Origin: a virus | Virus record (IMG/VR): IMGVR_UViG_3300045988_122291 | Span: 1-64,000 of that record | Strand: one strand, 5' to 3' | DNA: 64,000 bases | Shown here: piece after piece, positions 1 to 8,714 of the stretch | Position numbering within the stretch: position 1 is the stretch's first letter | Layout of the letters: each line of letters begins with the position of its first letter | Made by a program: the position numbers and the translations under genes | Notes under the pieces: generated by a model | What the model was told of the DNA's origin: nothing | What the model saw: the letters and a program-made list of their open reading frames with translations, nothing else | Database searches by the model: none

Positions 1-98
1 ATAGTCTACTCCCCTAATAAATATCGGGAAACCGAGGGTACAAAGGAGATTACGCTAAGACGCTGTGGAAAGTTGACCCACCTTCTGAAGTTGAAGAA

Positions 99-776
99 AT
101 GATGAAACGATACACAAAAGCAAAGCCGCCATATTTTTTCATTTATGCTAAAGATAAGAAAAAGTCACAAGTAGAACCACCAAATAATTCTACTATGAAC
201 CGTATTTGCCAGTTAATCCCGACCACTCGCGTTAAGTTCGTGAAAATGTGTGATAATTTTGATTATCGTATGTTGATGAATCTTGATTATGGTTTTAGTA
301 TTAGTGAAGATAATCAGATTGTCGAAAGATATAACTATTGGAACAGACACCAATATTTGTTTAATACTGAAGCCGAAAATGCAAAGCAGGAAGATATGTA
401 TATGTTCCAGCAGATTCGCAAGCATATTCTTGAAGAAACAAATGAAGATATTAACGTGGTGGTTAATACGTTGGTTATGTATCTTTACATGATTAAAACA
501 AACAACATGAAGAAAAAAACATTATGGGCTTCTTTTGGTGATGTACTTGTTGAGAACTTAAAAAAGAACACAGCAGGTCTTGGTAAGGTATGTGAAGAAT
601 GCGGTGATAGGTTCGTTTCATTGCAGAGTAATCATCGGTTCTGTTCTGATGAATGTTGTAAAAAGGCTAAAGCTAAAAGAGTGAAGCATAAAAGAAGGGT
701 TGTACCGCCCGTTCAAACAGAAAAAGTTGCAGAAAATGATGAAATTTCTCAAAATAATGAAGATATTAAAAGTTAA
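99..776 (+). CDS. hypothetical protein with C-terminal zinc-ribbon-like motif
   Basis: 225-aa ORF. The C-terminus has CEECG...HRFCSDECC followed by a basic tail (KAKAKRVKHKRR). No family recognised. Confidence 0.5.
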   Translation: MMKRYTKAKPPYFFIYAKDKKKSQVEPPNNSTMNRICQLIPTTRVKFVKMCDNFDYRMLMNLDYGFSISEDNQIVERYNYWNRHQYLFNTEAENAKQEDMYMFQQIRKHILEETNEDINVVVNTLVMYLYMIKTNNMKKKTLWASFGDVLVENLKKNTAGLGKVCEECGDRFVSLQSNHRFCSDECCKKAKAKRVKHKRRVVPPVQTEKVAENDEISQNNEDIKS

Positions 777-836
777 AAATTGCAAAACAGCGATTTTAAT
801 ATTTTTGAAGCGTCGCTATTATGGAGAGAAATACGG

Positions 837-892
837 GATTCCTCCGATGGGTGGGTGTGTAAATTGGGGTTTAGCCCACCCATTGAGGAATC
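837..892 (+). promoter_or_regulatory. long intergenic hairpin (8 + 9 bp stem, 19-nt loop), function unknown
   Basis: gattcctc-cg-atgggtggg (837-855) pairs with cccacccat-t-gaggaatc (875-892). No U-tract follows. Confidence 0.4.
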
Positions 893-913
893 ATCAACGA
901 AAGGAAAATAATA

Positions 914-2113
914 ATGGAACGACAGGAAACGCAGTCTTATCTTGCTTTCGTTGAAGAAGCAACTAAGGCTCTGCAAAATGACGAAATTTCTTATACTGAA
1001 TGGTGTAAAGCGATTGTTGGTGAAAAGATTTATTCTGACGAAACCCTAAGACGATGTGCTGTGCTGTTTGGTGAATTTTTAGAGCGACTTGACGCAGATG
1101 AGATTAAAACTCTAAATGACGAAGATAGAGTTAATCGTCTTATTGAAGCAAAAGAAGAATTAGTTAAGGAACGGAAGAAAATTCAAAGCGCCAATCTTGA
1201 GCACCAAGAATATTATCGCAAGGTTGCTCGACACGAACTTCTTGACGAAATGATTGTAGACGCGATTAAGCGTCTTGAACCAGTTAAGATTAAACACGAA
1301 CATTTTACCAAGCCTTCTAAAAGTACAGGTGTTCTTGTGCTTGCTGATGAGCATTTTGATTCAACGTTTGTTCTCAAAGGGCTAAATGGCGAGATTATCA
1401 ATGCTTATGATAAAGAAATTTTCAAAGAGCGTATGTGGCGATTACTTTCTATGATTGAAACTGATAACTTTGGTTATGATGAACTGCTGATTGTTAGTTG
1501 CGGGGACGCAATTGAAAATGTCCTCCGCATGGGTAGTTTACAAAAGCTACGTTCCAATGTTGTAGACGCAGTTATTGAATTTTCTGAGTTTATGTCACAA
1601 TGGCTTGTTGCTGTTCAAGAAAAGCTGAAAGTTCCAGTGAAATTTGCTATTATTTCTGGCAATCACGATGTTAATAGAATTTTAACTCAGCCCGCCGTAT
1701 TCCCAGAAGAAACATTTGCTAAGATTATTCACAAGTTTATTGAAATGCGTCTTGAAGGGTGCAAACCAGATATTACAGTAGAACCGTATGGTGATGTATA
1801 CTTTACTTGTTTATATGGTAATAATCTGCTGTTTGCTCATGGTGAAATAAATAATCTTATTGAATTGGCAAATTATTATGAGAATTTCTATGATATTCAG
1901 ATTGATTGCTTGTATGCTGGTCATCTTCATAGAAGCGAAGCCAAGCCAGCGGGTGTTGGTTATATGGGCGACCGCGAAGTGATTCGTGTACCGTCTACTG
2001 TAGGCACTGACCCATATGCTAAGAGTATTCAAAAACATAGTCGTGCTGGCGTTTACTTTGCCGTATATAATGAAAACGGCAGAGATTTAAGCAAAATTTA
2101 TTATTTGAATTAA
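914..2113 (+). CDS. calcineurin-like metallophosphoesterase (SbcD/Mre11-type fold)
   Basis: Ordered motifs LADEH (DxH), CGDAIEN (GD), SGNHD (GNHD), AHGE and GHLHR (GHxH). Confidence 0.75.
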   Translation: MERQETQSYLAFVEEATKALQNDEISYTEWCKAIVGEKIYSDETLRRCAVLFGEFLERLDADEIKTLNDEDRVNRLIEAKEELVKERKKIQSANLEHQEYYRKVARHELLDEMIVDAIKRLEPVKIKHEHFTKPSKSTGVLVLADEHFDSTFVLKGLNGEIINAYDKEIFKERMWRLLSMIETDNFGYDELLIVSCGDAIENVLRMGSLQKLRSNVVDAVIEFSEFMSQWLVAVQEKLKVPVKFAIISGNHDVNRILTQPAVFPEETFAKIIHKFIEMRLEGCKPDITVEPYGDVYFTCLYGNNLLFAHGEINNLIELANYYENFYDIQIDCLYAGHLHRSEAKPAGVGYMGDREVIRVPSTVGTDPYAKSIQKHSRAGVYFAVYNENGRDLSKIYYLN

Positions 2114-2343
2114 ACAAAGTAATCTGACATGGGATATGTTAGATTGTAAAATAAACAACGTAAGGAGGTCACTACTTTTGTCCACTTGTGAAATTTTCAC
2201 TAAAGCATGAAAGGAGTTGGTCTTGGGCGTAAGCCCTATCTCGGTGTAAGTCGTTCTTCGACACGATACTGCACAGCGTTGGAAAAACAGGGTGGGAGCA
2301 ATAGTTCCTGCCCTTGTTATTTTGAAAGAAAGGAAAATTTGAA

Positions 2344-3255
2344 ATGGCAACTACACCTCCAAAACAGTTACGCAGAACAGACCGATGTTGTCCTATTTGC
2401 GGAACTGTTAAGTTAGCGAACTATTTCAATGAAAGTCCTGCCCCATATCACGATAAGTATATTCCTATTTGTCGTAACTGTTGCAATATACTGTTAAAGA
2501 GATATATTGCTGAAACGAAAAGCGAAGCCGCAGGCTTGTGGTTACTGTTGGCTCAAGTAAATATTCCATTTATCAATGAAATTTATGAGAAAGCTATTCT
2601 TAGGCTTCAAGACGCTTCTACAAAGAAACCAAGTTTATTTGTGACATATCTTAGTTTTATGGCGCAATGGAACGAACCGTATACTGGTTTTTTGCAGTCT
2701 ACTAATATGTTGACTGATTTTCTAAAGACGGTTGAAGTAGAAGCGGAAAAAATTCGCACTGAACAAAAACCGCTGAAGAATATGAAGGAAGAAATTGAGA
2801 AGTGGGGTAAATTTACAGGAATTGACGGTAAGATTGACAGAGATTCTTATGATTTTTTGAATAGAACCTTTGATGAATATACCGCAGATATTCTTGAAAT
2901 GGACACTAACTTAATGAATCGTTACCGCGATTTGTGCAAATGCGAATTGCGTTTGCGTAAAGCTAATGAATCGGGTGACGGTGCTGAGATTAGTAAAGCA
3001 CAAGATGCTTTGAATAAGCAACTGGCTTTGCTTAAATTAAATGATTTTCAATCAAAAAATATTAGCGATGAGCAAAAAGCGTTTGAAAAGAAAGTCGCTA
3101 TGATTGAATATAGCAAACCTGCCGAGTGTGAAGATTTGCAGAAATATCTTGACATGGTGGGTTACGAGAAAGAAAAAGCAATGCTAAAGCGTTCTCTTAG
3201 AAATGCTGTAACTGGTTCTCGTGAATATCCTGATGTAACATTGCAGGAGGGATAA
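2344..3255 (+). CDS. putative terminase small subunit (positional call)
   Basis: 303-aa ORF directly upstream of terL and translationally coupled to it (stop 3255, ATG 3257). N-terminal CCPICG...CRNCC cysteine cluster. No motif-level proof. Confidence 0.35.
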   Translation: MATTPPKQLRRTDRCCPICGTVKLANYFNESPAPYHDKYIPICRNCCNILLKRYIAETKSEAAGLWLLLAQVNIPFINEIYEKAILRLQDASTKKPSLFVTYLSFMAQWNEPYTGFLQSTNMLTDFLKTVEVEAEKIRTEQKPLKNMKEEIEKWGKFTGIDGKIDRDSYDFLNRTFDEYTADILEMDTNLMNRYRDLCKCELRLRKANESGDGAEISKAQDALNKQLALLKLNDFQSKNISDEQKAFEKKVAMIEYSKPAECEDLQKYLDMVGYEKEKAMLKRSLRNAVTGSREYPDVTLQEG

Positions 3256-3256
3256 T

Positions 3257-4510
3257 ATGGGAAATAGCTTACCAGCTATGGGCGGTATTCGCCGTAAGTT
3301 TATGGCGAAAGAACTCCGAGGGACAGTTAGCGGTGCTGATTTGCTTGAAAAAGAGCAAGAAGAAAAAGTAATTGAATGGGACACATTATTTAGACGTAAT
3401 TGGGATATATACGCAGAGTTTTATCTTGGTATTGGTCTAAAACCATATCAGCGTGAAGCGTTGCATGAGATTGGCACATCCGATGTGTTCTTTTGGCGTG
3501 CTGGGCGTGGTGGCGCAAAGTCATTTATTACCGCTCTTGCCGCAATTTGTAAACTGATGCTTTACCCAAACTGTTGGATTGTTGTTACTGCTTCTACCAT
3601 TGACCAAGCAAACAAAATTGTAGAAGATAAGATATTAAGTGAATTGGTTAAAAAATTATCACCATATTTGTTGTATCTTTATGAAAAGCAGTGGCTTGTT
3701 ATTACTAAACCACAAGACGGTTATAAGATTGAAAATACGCTGAACAATAGTGTATTGCGTGTCCTTGCTCCTGTTGAGTCCAGCCGTGGTGTGCGTTCAA
3801 ACTTCACAATTTATGATGAAGTTGCTATTATGAAGAAGGCGAGTATCGACCAAATCTTTGATGGTATGCTTTATCCGCGTCAGCCAGTGTTTTTGAACAA
3901 CAATCCAGAATATGCAAACAACCCACGTTGGCTTGAAGAATCAAAGGCTATTTATCTAACTTCTTCCAAATATAAATATCAATGGTGGTATGGACTTTGG
4001 AAGGAATGTGTTAAAGGTTGGTTTGACGATAAAAAGACAGTGTTCAATGTTTTCGCTTCAGACTTTTTCGATAATATTGATAACGGTCTAAAGACATGGG
4101 GCGACTATCGCCGTGCTAAAAAGACTACGGAAGAATTTTCTTTCCGTATGGAATATCTTAATGAAGCGATAGGCGAAAATGAACACGCCTATTTTACCAT
4201 TCAGCAATTCAAAGAAAACCAAACGCTTGAAAAAGCATTTGTTCCTCCAACAAATATCGAAGTTATAACTCAAACCGTGCCTTACAATCCACCGAAGGGC
4301 GAAGATGAAGTACGCTTGATTCTTGTTGACTACGCATTTGCTAATACAGTAAAGGGCGCTGGTCGAAAAGCAAACGACAATACGATTATTATTTGTATGT
4401 CTTTGCATTGGAAAGAGAATCATTTTGAGCGTCATGTTGATTATATTCAAGGTTGGGAGGCTTCTGATTCTACTGGTGCAGTAAATCGTATTCGTGAACT
4501 ATATTGGGAT
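3257..4510 (+). CDS. terL: terminase large subunit, exon 1 (ATPase and start of nuclease domain)
   Basis: Walker A-like RAGRGGAKS, Walker B-like TIYDEVA, nuclease-start LILVDYAF. The frame hits a stop 27 nt past the predicted 5' splice site (U4510). Confidence 0.85.
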
Positions 4511-5770
4511 GAACATTATTGTCCTCTCTTATGGTAACATAGGAGTAATAAATCTACTTAACTGCTGGAATATCCTTAGAGCTATATTGACTACAACGTA
4601 AGGATGAAATATGCCTAAACGTGAATGTTTGAAAACAATATAGATTGGACAATCAGCAACCAAGGCTCGAACAGAGCAAGGCTCAACGACCATCCCGTAA
4701 GGGAGTAGGGGCAAGTGCCCCGAAGTAGTAGACTTCCAGAAATGGAAGAAGATATGGTCTATTCTTCATAGAAATATGAAGGCGAAAGCAGACAAGAATA
4801 ACGAACTTGTTTACAGAATATAATAGGGAGACAGGGAGTAGCTACCTTTCTGATTTACTGCAATAATGAAGATTATCCCTATTATATATTAACTTTTTTG
4901 CAGAAAGGTTGATAAGTGATATGAAATGTTATGAAATTAAGCACAATAAGAAATTTCGATACTCTTGTATTTATTTATGGACAAATTTAATCAATAACAA
5001 AAAGTATGTAGGTCAAACACAAGACCTCGGAGAACGATTTGTTAGATATAATCAAAATGATTTTAATGATTATATGAAAAAAGCTGTAAATAAATATGGA
5101 ATAGATAATTTTGAAATAACAATTCTTGAAAAAGACGTTCCTAAAGAGAAGTTGAATGAACGAGAACAATATTGGATGGATTATTTTCAGTCTTATAATT
5201 CTGATTATGGATATAATATTTGCAAAATCGCAGGTAGCTGTCGCGGTGTAAAAAGAAGCGAAGAATATAAGCAAGCGTGTTCCGAGAGAATGCTTGATAG
5301 AATAGCTAATGGCGAAACAATTTGGCTTGGCAGAACTCATTCAAAAGAAACAAAAGAACTAATGTCTGAGAAAGCCAAGCAATTACATGAAAATTATCCT
5401 GAAATTTGGTCTAATCATCATAAATATACAGAAGAAGAAAAACAAGCAACTTCTGAATTTTTCAAAGAATATTGGAAAACTCATGAGCATTCTTGGAAGG
5501 GTAAAAATCATACACCTGAATCAAAGAAGAAAATGAGCGAAGCAATGAACAAAAACCCGAATAGGAACAGAAGAATGAGAAAAGTTGAATGTTACACTTT
5601 AGAAGGAAACTATATTTGTACTTATGTTTCCGCTTCTGAAGCTGCAAGAAGTATCGGGCATCCGAAAGGTGCTACTCCTATTCTTAGATGTGCTAAAGGC
5701 TATGAAAATTCAGCATACGGATTCAAATGGAAAGATGCTGGATTATATCACGAATCTGATAATATATAAG
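4511..5770 (+). mobile_element. group I-like intron in terL carrying a GIY-YIG homing endonuclease
   Basis: A 1,260-nt insert splits one terminase fold. Exon 1 ends in U and the insert ends in G. Joining gives ...RELYWD|YNADYIVDD... in frame. About 400 nt of stem-rich non-coding RNA (e.g. TAGAC 4729-4733 / GTCTA 4757-4761, GGGGC-AAGT-GCCCC) precedes the ORF. It shares a 37-nt block with the intron at 21351. Confidence 0.7.
4909..5769 (+). CDS. GIY-YIG homing endonuclease (I-TevI-like architecture)
   Basis: N-terminal CIYLWTN..KKYVGQT...GERF...YN...NEREQYW. Two NUMOD3-like repeats (GRTHSKETKELMSEKA, GKNHTPESKKKMSEAM). C-terminal HTH-like tail ending YGFKWK. The start may be TTG 4909 or ATG 4921. 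Confidence 0.85.
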   Translation: MISDMKCYEIKHNKKFRYSCIYLWTNLINNKKYVGQTQDLGERFVRYNQNDFNDYMKKAVNKYGIDNFEITILEKDVPKEKLNEREQYWMDYFQSYNSDYGYNICKIAGSCRGVKRSEEYKQACSERMLDRIANGETIWLGRTHSKETKELMSEKAKQLHENYPEIWSNHHKYTEEEKQATSEFFKEYWKTHEHSWKGKNHTPESKKKMSEAMNKNPNRNRRMRKVECYTLEGNYICTYVSASEAARSIGHPKGATPILRCAKGYENSAYGFKWKDAGLYHESDNI

Positions 5771-6382
5771 TATAATGCTGACTACATCGTTGACGACCAA
5801 CAGTCTGGCGGTGAAGTCATTTACAACTTGTTCACTCAACCTTGGGAGCATCCAGAAAGAGGACGCGCATGGAATAGTCACGGTTTTACTATCAGTGATA
5901 AAACTGAATATGTTTCAGCAGTGGCTATTGATAGCAAAATTGAAGATTATAAGATGCGTACAGTTGACCCACACGCTATTCCTTGCATTATTCCTGTTAA
6001 GGGTTCTTCAACACTTAACGATATTGTGTGGAAAGAAATGCGCCGTCAGCTTGAGTATGGTAATGTTAAGTTCTTGATTGACACTAACGATTTCCAAGAA
6101 ACTTTAGTTGACAATGGCGAATATTTCAAAATGACTTCTGAACAGTATGGCGTTGCTTGTGCTCCATACAATCACACAGAAGAATTGATAAAAGAAGCAG
6201 TCAACCTTAAAGCTGAGTTTAAGCAAGATAAGGTGCGTCTTTCTGAGCCGTTAAATGGCACAAAAGACCGTATTGTTGCTTTAGCCTATGGTAATTATAT
6301 TGCTACTTTAATTGAAAACAGATGGAATAAAGATATAGCACAAGATGAATTTGATATTGATTCAATTCAGCTTGTGTGGTGA
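5771..6382 (+). CDS. terL: terminase large subunit, exon 2 (nuclease domain, C-terminal part)
   Basis: YNADYIVDDQQSGGEVIYNLF continues the terminase nuclease domain begun in exon 1. There is no RBS or start of its own at this point. The joined product is about 621 aa. Confidence 0.8.
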   Translation, partial: YNADYIVDDQQSGGEVIYNLFTQPWEHPERGRAWNSHGFTISDKTEYVSAVAIDSKIEDYKMRTVDPHAIPCIIPVKGSSTLNDIVWKEMRRQLEYGNVKFLIDTNDFQETLVDNGEYFKMTSEQYGVACAPYNHTEELIKEAVNLKAEFKQDKVRLSEPLNGTKDRIVALAYGNYIATLIENRWNKDIAQDEFDIDSIQLVW

Positions 6383-6405
6383 TTATTAAAGAAAGGAGGA
6401 TTTGA

Positions 6406-7986
6406 TTGGCAGATTCTATTTCAAAACAAGACGTACAGGATGTCATTGATTTTGCACAAGCCATTGCCGCTATGTCAGGCGAATACGGTATGTATTCTCC
6501 AATGATGAGCAATCAATTATTGCAAAATCTAAACAACAATCCTCGTATTCCTTCGCTTGAATCTATTCAACAAGCATTGTCGTCTTATAAAGAAGATGCT
6601 GGCACGTTGCAGTCCTTTATGGACTTTATGAATAACTATGATATGGTATTTAAGCGTACTTTATATAGTTATGCAAATGTGCTTGCTTTTGACTTGTCTA
6701 TAACTTGTACTAATGCTTATTCTCAGCAAGATTATAATTCTAAAGAATATGAAGAAGATAAGAAGCGAGTATATGATTTTCTTGATAAGTTTAAGTATAA
6801 AGACGAGTTTAGAAGATGTGTAGTTGAAGTCCTACTACACGGTGCTTATTTTACTTGGTTTAGAAAGACTAAGTGGAAGAATCAAGGTATGAAATATGCG
6901 CTACAAATAATGCCACAACAATATTGTATGCTTACTGGATATTGGGAGAAAGGCTTACTATATGACTTTGATTATAGCTATTTCTTAAATCCCGGTGTTG
7001 ATATTGAAGGTTTCGACCCTTCTATGGCTAAGATGTATCGTCAAATGTTTATTGACGGCGATGGTAGATTGTATAATTATCGTCCTACCCAACCGTTGAA
7101 TAGACGTACTGGTAAATATGCTTATTGGGGACAGACTTCCCCTGAGGATGGTTCATGGGTTTTTAAGCAAAATCCAGAGAACTTTAATACCACGCCATAT
7201 CTTGCTCCTTTCTTGAAAGACGCTATCACTTCTGCCGAAATCCAGAAGTTACAGCGAGATAAGGATATTATTGGTGCTTCGGCTATTCTTGCGGGTGAAA
7301 TTCGACTATTTGATAGTGCAAAATCTCAAAAGGCTAACCAATTTGCTATTGACCCAAAAACCCTTGGCGGTTTTATGGCAAAGGCAAAGGCTGGTCTTGG
7401 TAATTTGCTAAAGATTGCGGCGCTACCACTTGAAAATACCAAATTCTATCAGTTTGTTGATAGCAATAGCGATATGTATGAAAATACGCTTGCTACTACC
7501 GCTGGCGTTGGTTCTGGTATCAGTCGTGTTATTTATTCGTCTGACCGAATGAGTAATGCTGAAATTGAAGCAGGTATTATTGACCAGTATAATACCATGA
7601 AGCCACTGTATTATCAGTTTGAGAATTTTCTTGATTTCTTTGTTAATAAGTTGACAAAGAAATATAAATTCCACTTTACTTTTGATGGATGCTCTTATCC
7701 ATTTGAACGCGAGAAGAGATTCGATAAGCTAACCAAGATGGCTGATAAAGGTTTGGTTATGAATGCTTCACAGTGGGCTTCGGCTATTGGTGTTGAGCCA
7801 CAAGTATTTGAACGTAGCCTTGCGGAAAGTAAGTACACGGGCTGGGTTGAAGAATATAGCCAGTTACTTATGAATGTTAATACGGCTAATACTGGTAGTG
7901 CTGGTGAAAGTGGCAGACCCAAGAAAGAAGATGGAGATTTGTCCGATTCGGGCGAATTGAATAGAGATAGTGAGGAAGGTATCTAA
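6406..7986 (+). CDS. putative portal protein
   Basis: 526-aa ORF immediately after terL. TTG start 6 nt after AAGGAGG. Acidic C-terminus. Size and position are typical of a portal; the family was not verifiable by eye. Confidence 0.6.
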   Translation: MADSISKQDVQDVIDFAQAIAAMSGEYGMYSPMMSNQLLQNLNNNPRIPSLESIQQALSSYKEDAGTLQSFMDFMNNYDMVFKRTLYSYANVLAFDLSITCTNAYSQQDYNSKEYEEDKKRVYDFLDKFKYKDEFRRCVVEVLLHGAYFTWFRKTKWKNQGMKYALQIMPQQYCMLTGYWEKGLLYDFDYSYFLNPGVDIEGFDPSMAKMYRQMFIDGDGRLYNYRPTQPLNRRTGKYAYWGQTSPEDGSWVFKQNPENFNTTPYLAPFLKDAITSAEIQKLQRDKDIIGASAILAGEIRLFDSAKSQKANQFAIDPKTLGGFMAKAKAGLGNLLKIAALPLENTKFYQFVDSNSDMYENTLATTAGVGSGISRVIYSSDRMSNAEIEAGIIDQYNTMKPLYYQFENFLDFFVNKLTKKYKFHFTFDGCSYPFEREKRFDKLTKMADKGLVMNASQWASAIGVEPQVFERSLAESKYTGWVEEYSQLLMNVNTANTGSAGESGRPKKEDGDLSDSGELNRDSEEGI

Positions 7987-8489
7987 TGATTGTAACACAA
8001 AAAACACAAGATGCTGTTGAACAGCTTATTGGTCAAGCATTCTTTATGAATCGCAAGATTGACCGTATGGTTAGTGTGTTGGGTGTTAAATTTGCGTTTA
8101 ATCAAACATCCAGTTTGATTCATCTTAATATCGCTCATTATTTTCCGCTTGTGGCGGATGTTCTGGGCGAGAAATGCCTTGAACGCTATAATATTCCAGT
8201 ATACTATCCTGCTACGCCAGAAGGCAATGAAGATTATCAACTACCAAGCGAAATTATTCATCGTCTTGAAGAACTACTACTTGAATATCAAACTATGCTT
8301 ATGGGCGCTTGTAAAGTGGCTATGGACAATAATGATATTCATGTTTATGCAGATTTGCTTGAAGTATTAAAAGAATTTAATGCGTATGTTGAGCAAGGTA
8401 TACTGCTTACTGATAAGATTGATGCGTATGGTAATGTTCAAGCATTCGACCATGATATTAACAAATTCTGGATTTTAGGAGAAAAGTAA
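7986..8489 (+). CDS. hypothetical head-module protein
   Basis: 167-aa ORF whose start overlaps the portal stop (TAATG). No motif recognised. Confidence 0.5.
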   Translation: MIVTQKTQDAVEQLIGQAFFMNRKIDRMVSVLGVKFAFNQTSSLIHLNIAHYFPLVADVLGEKCLERYNIPVYYPATPEGNEDYQLPSEIIHRLEELLLEYQTMLMGACKVAMDNNDIHVYADLLEVLKEFNAYVEQGILLTDKIDAYGNVQAFDHDINKFWILGEK

Positions 8490-8490
8490 T

Positions 8491-8673
8491 ATGGTACGCA
8501 TTGGAACTCCGTCACAACCCGATAAGTATTTTAGCACGGATAACTCTGAAGATATTCTAAAGATTCATCAAGCAGGTTATCCACCTGAGTGGCGAGAATT
8601 AGATGGAACTTGCTATTGGCGTATTACTAATAAGTTGATTAAGGCGTTAAAGAAACATAATATTATCCTTTAA
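8491..8673 (+). CDS. hypothetical small protein
   Basis: 60-aa ORF coupled to the upstream gene. No motif recognised. Confidence 0.4.
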   Translation: MVRIGTPSQPDKYFSTDNSEDILKIHQAGYPPEWRELDGTCYWRITNKLIKALKKHNIIL

Positions 8674-8714
8674 GCCTTGATATTCAAATATAAATAAAGA
8701 ACGGAGGTGAGATA

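Noticed and set aside
2207-2416. 69-aa ORF spanning the leader and the terS start
   Set aside because: No RBS before its ATG. It overlaps the terS start in another frame, and the region is better explained as structured RNA.
5624-6382. Treating the terL C-terminal half as an independent gene starting at ATG 5624 (a gene split by a free-standing endonuclease and not spliced)
   Set aside because: ATG 5624 lies inside the GIY-YIG ORF and has no RBS. Its first 49 codons are out-of-frame endonuclease sequence. The U...G boundaries restore the frame precisely and the insert has extensive non-coding structure. Still listed as the alternative to be excluded experimentally.
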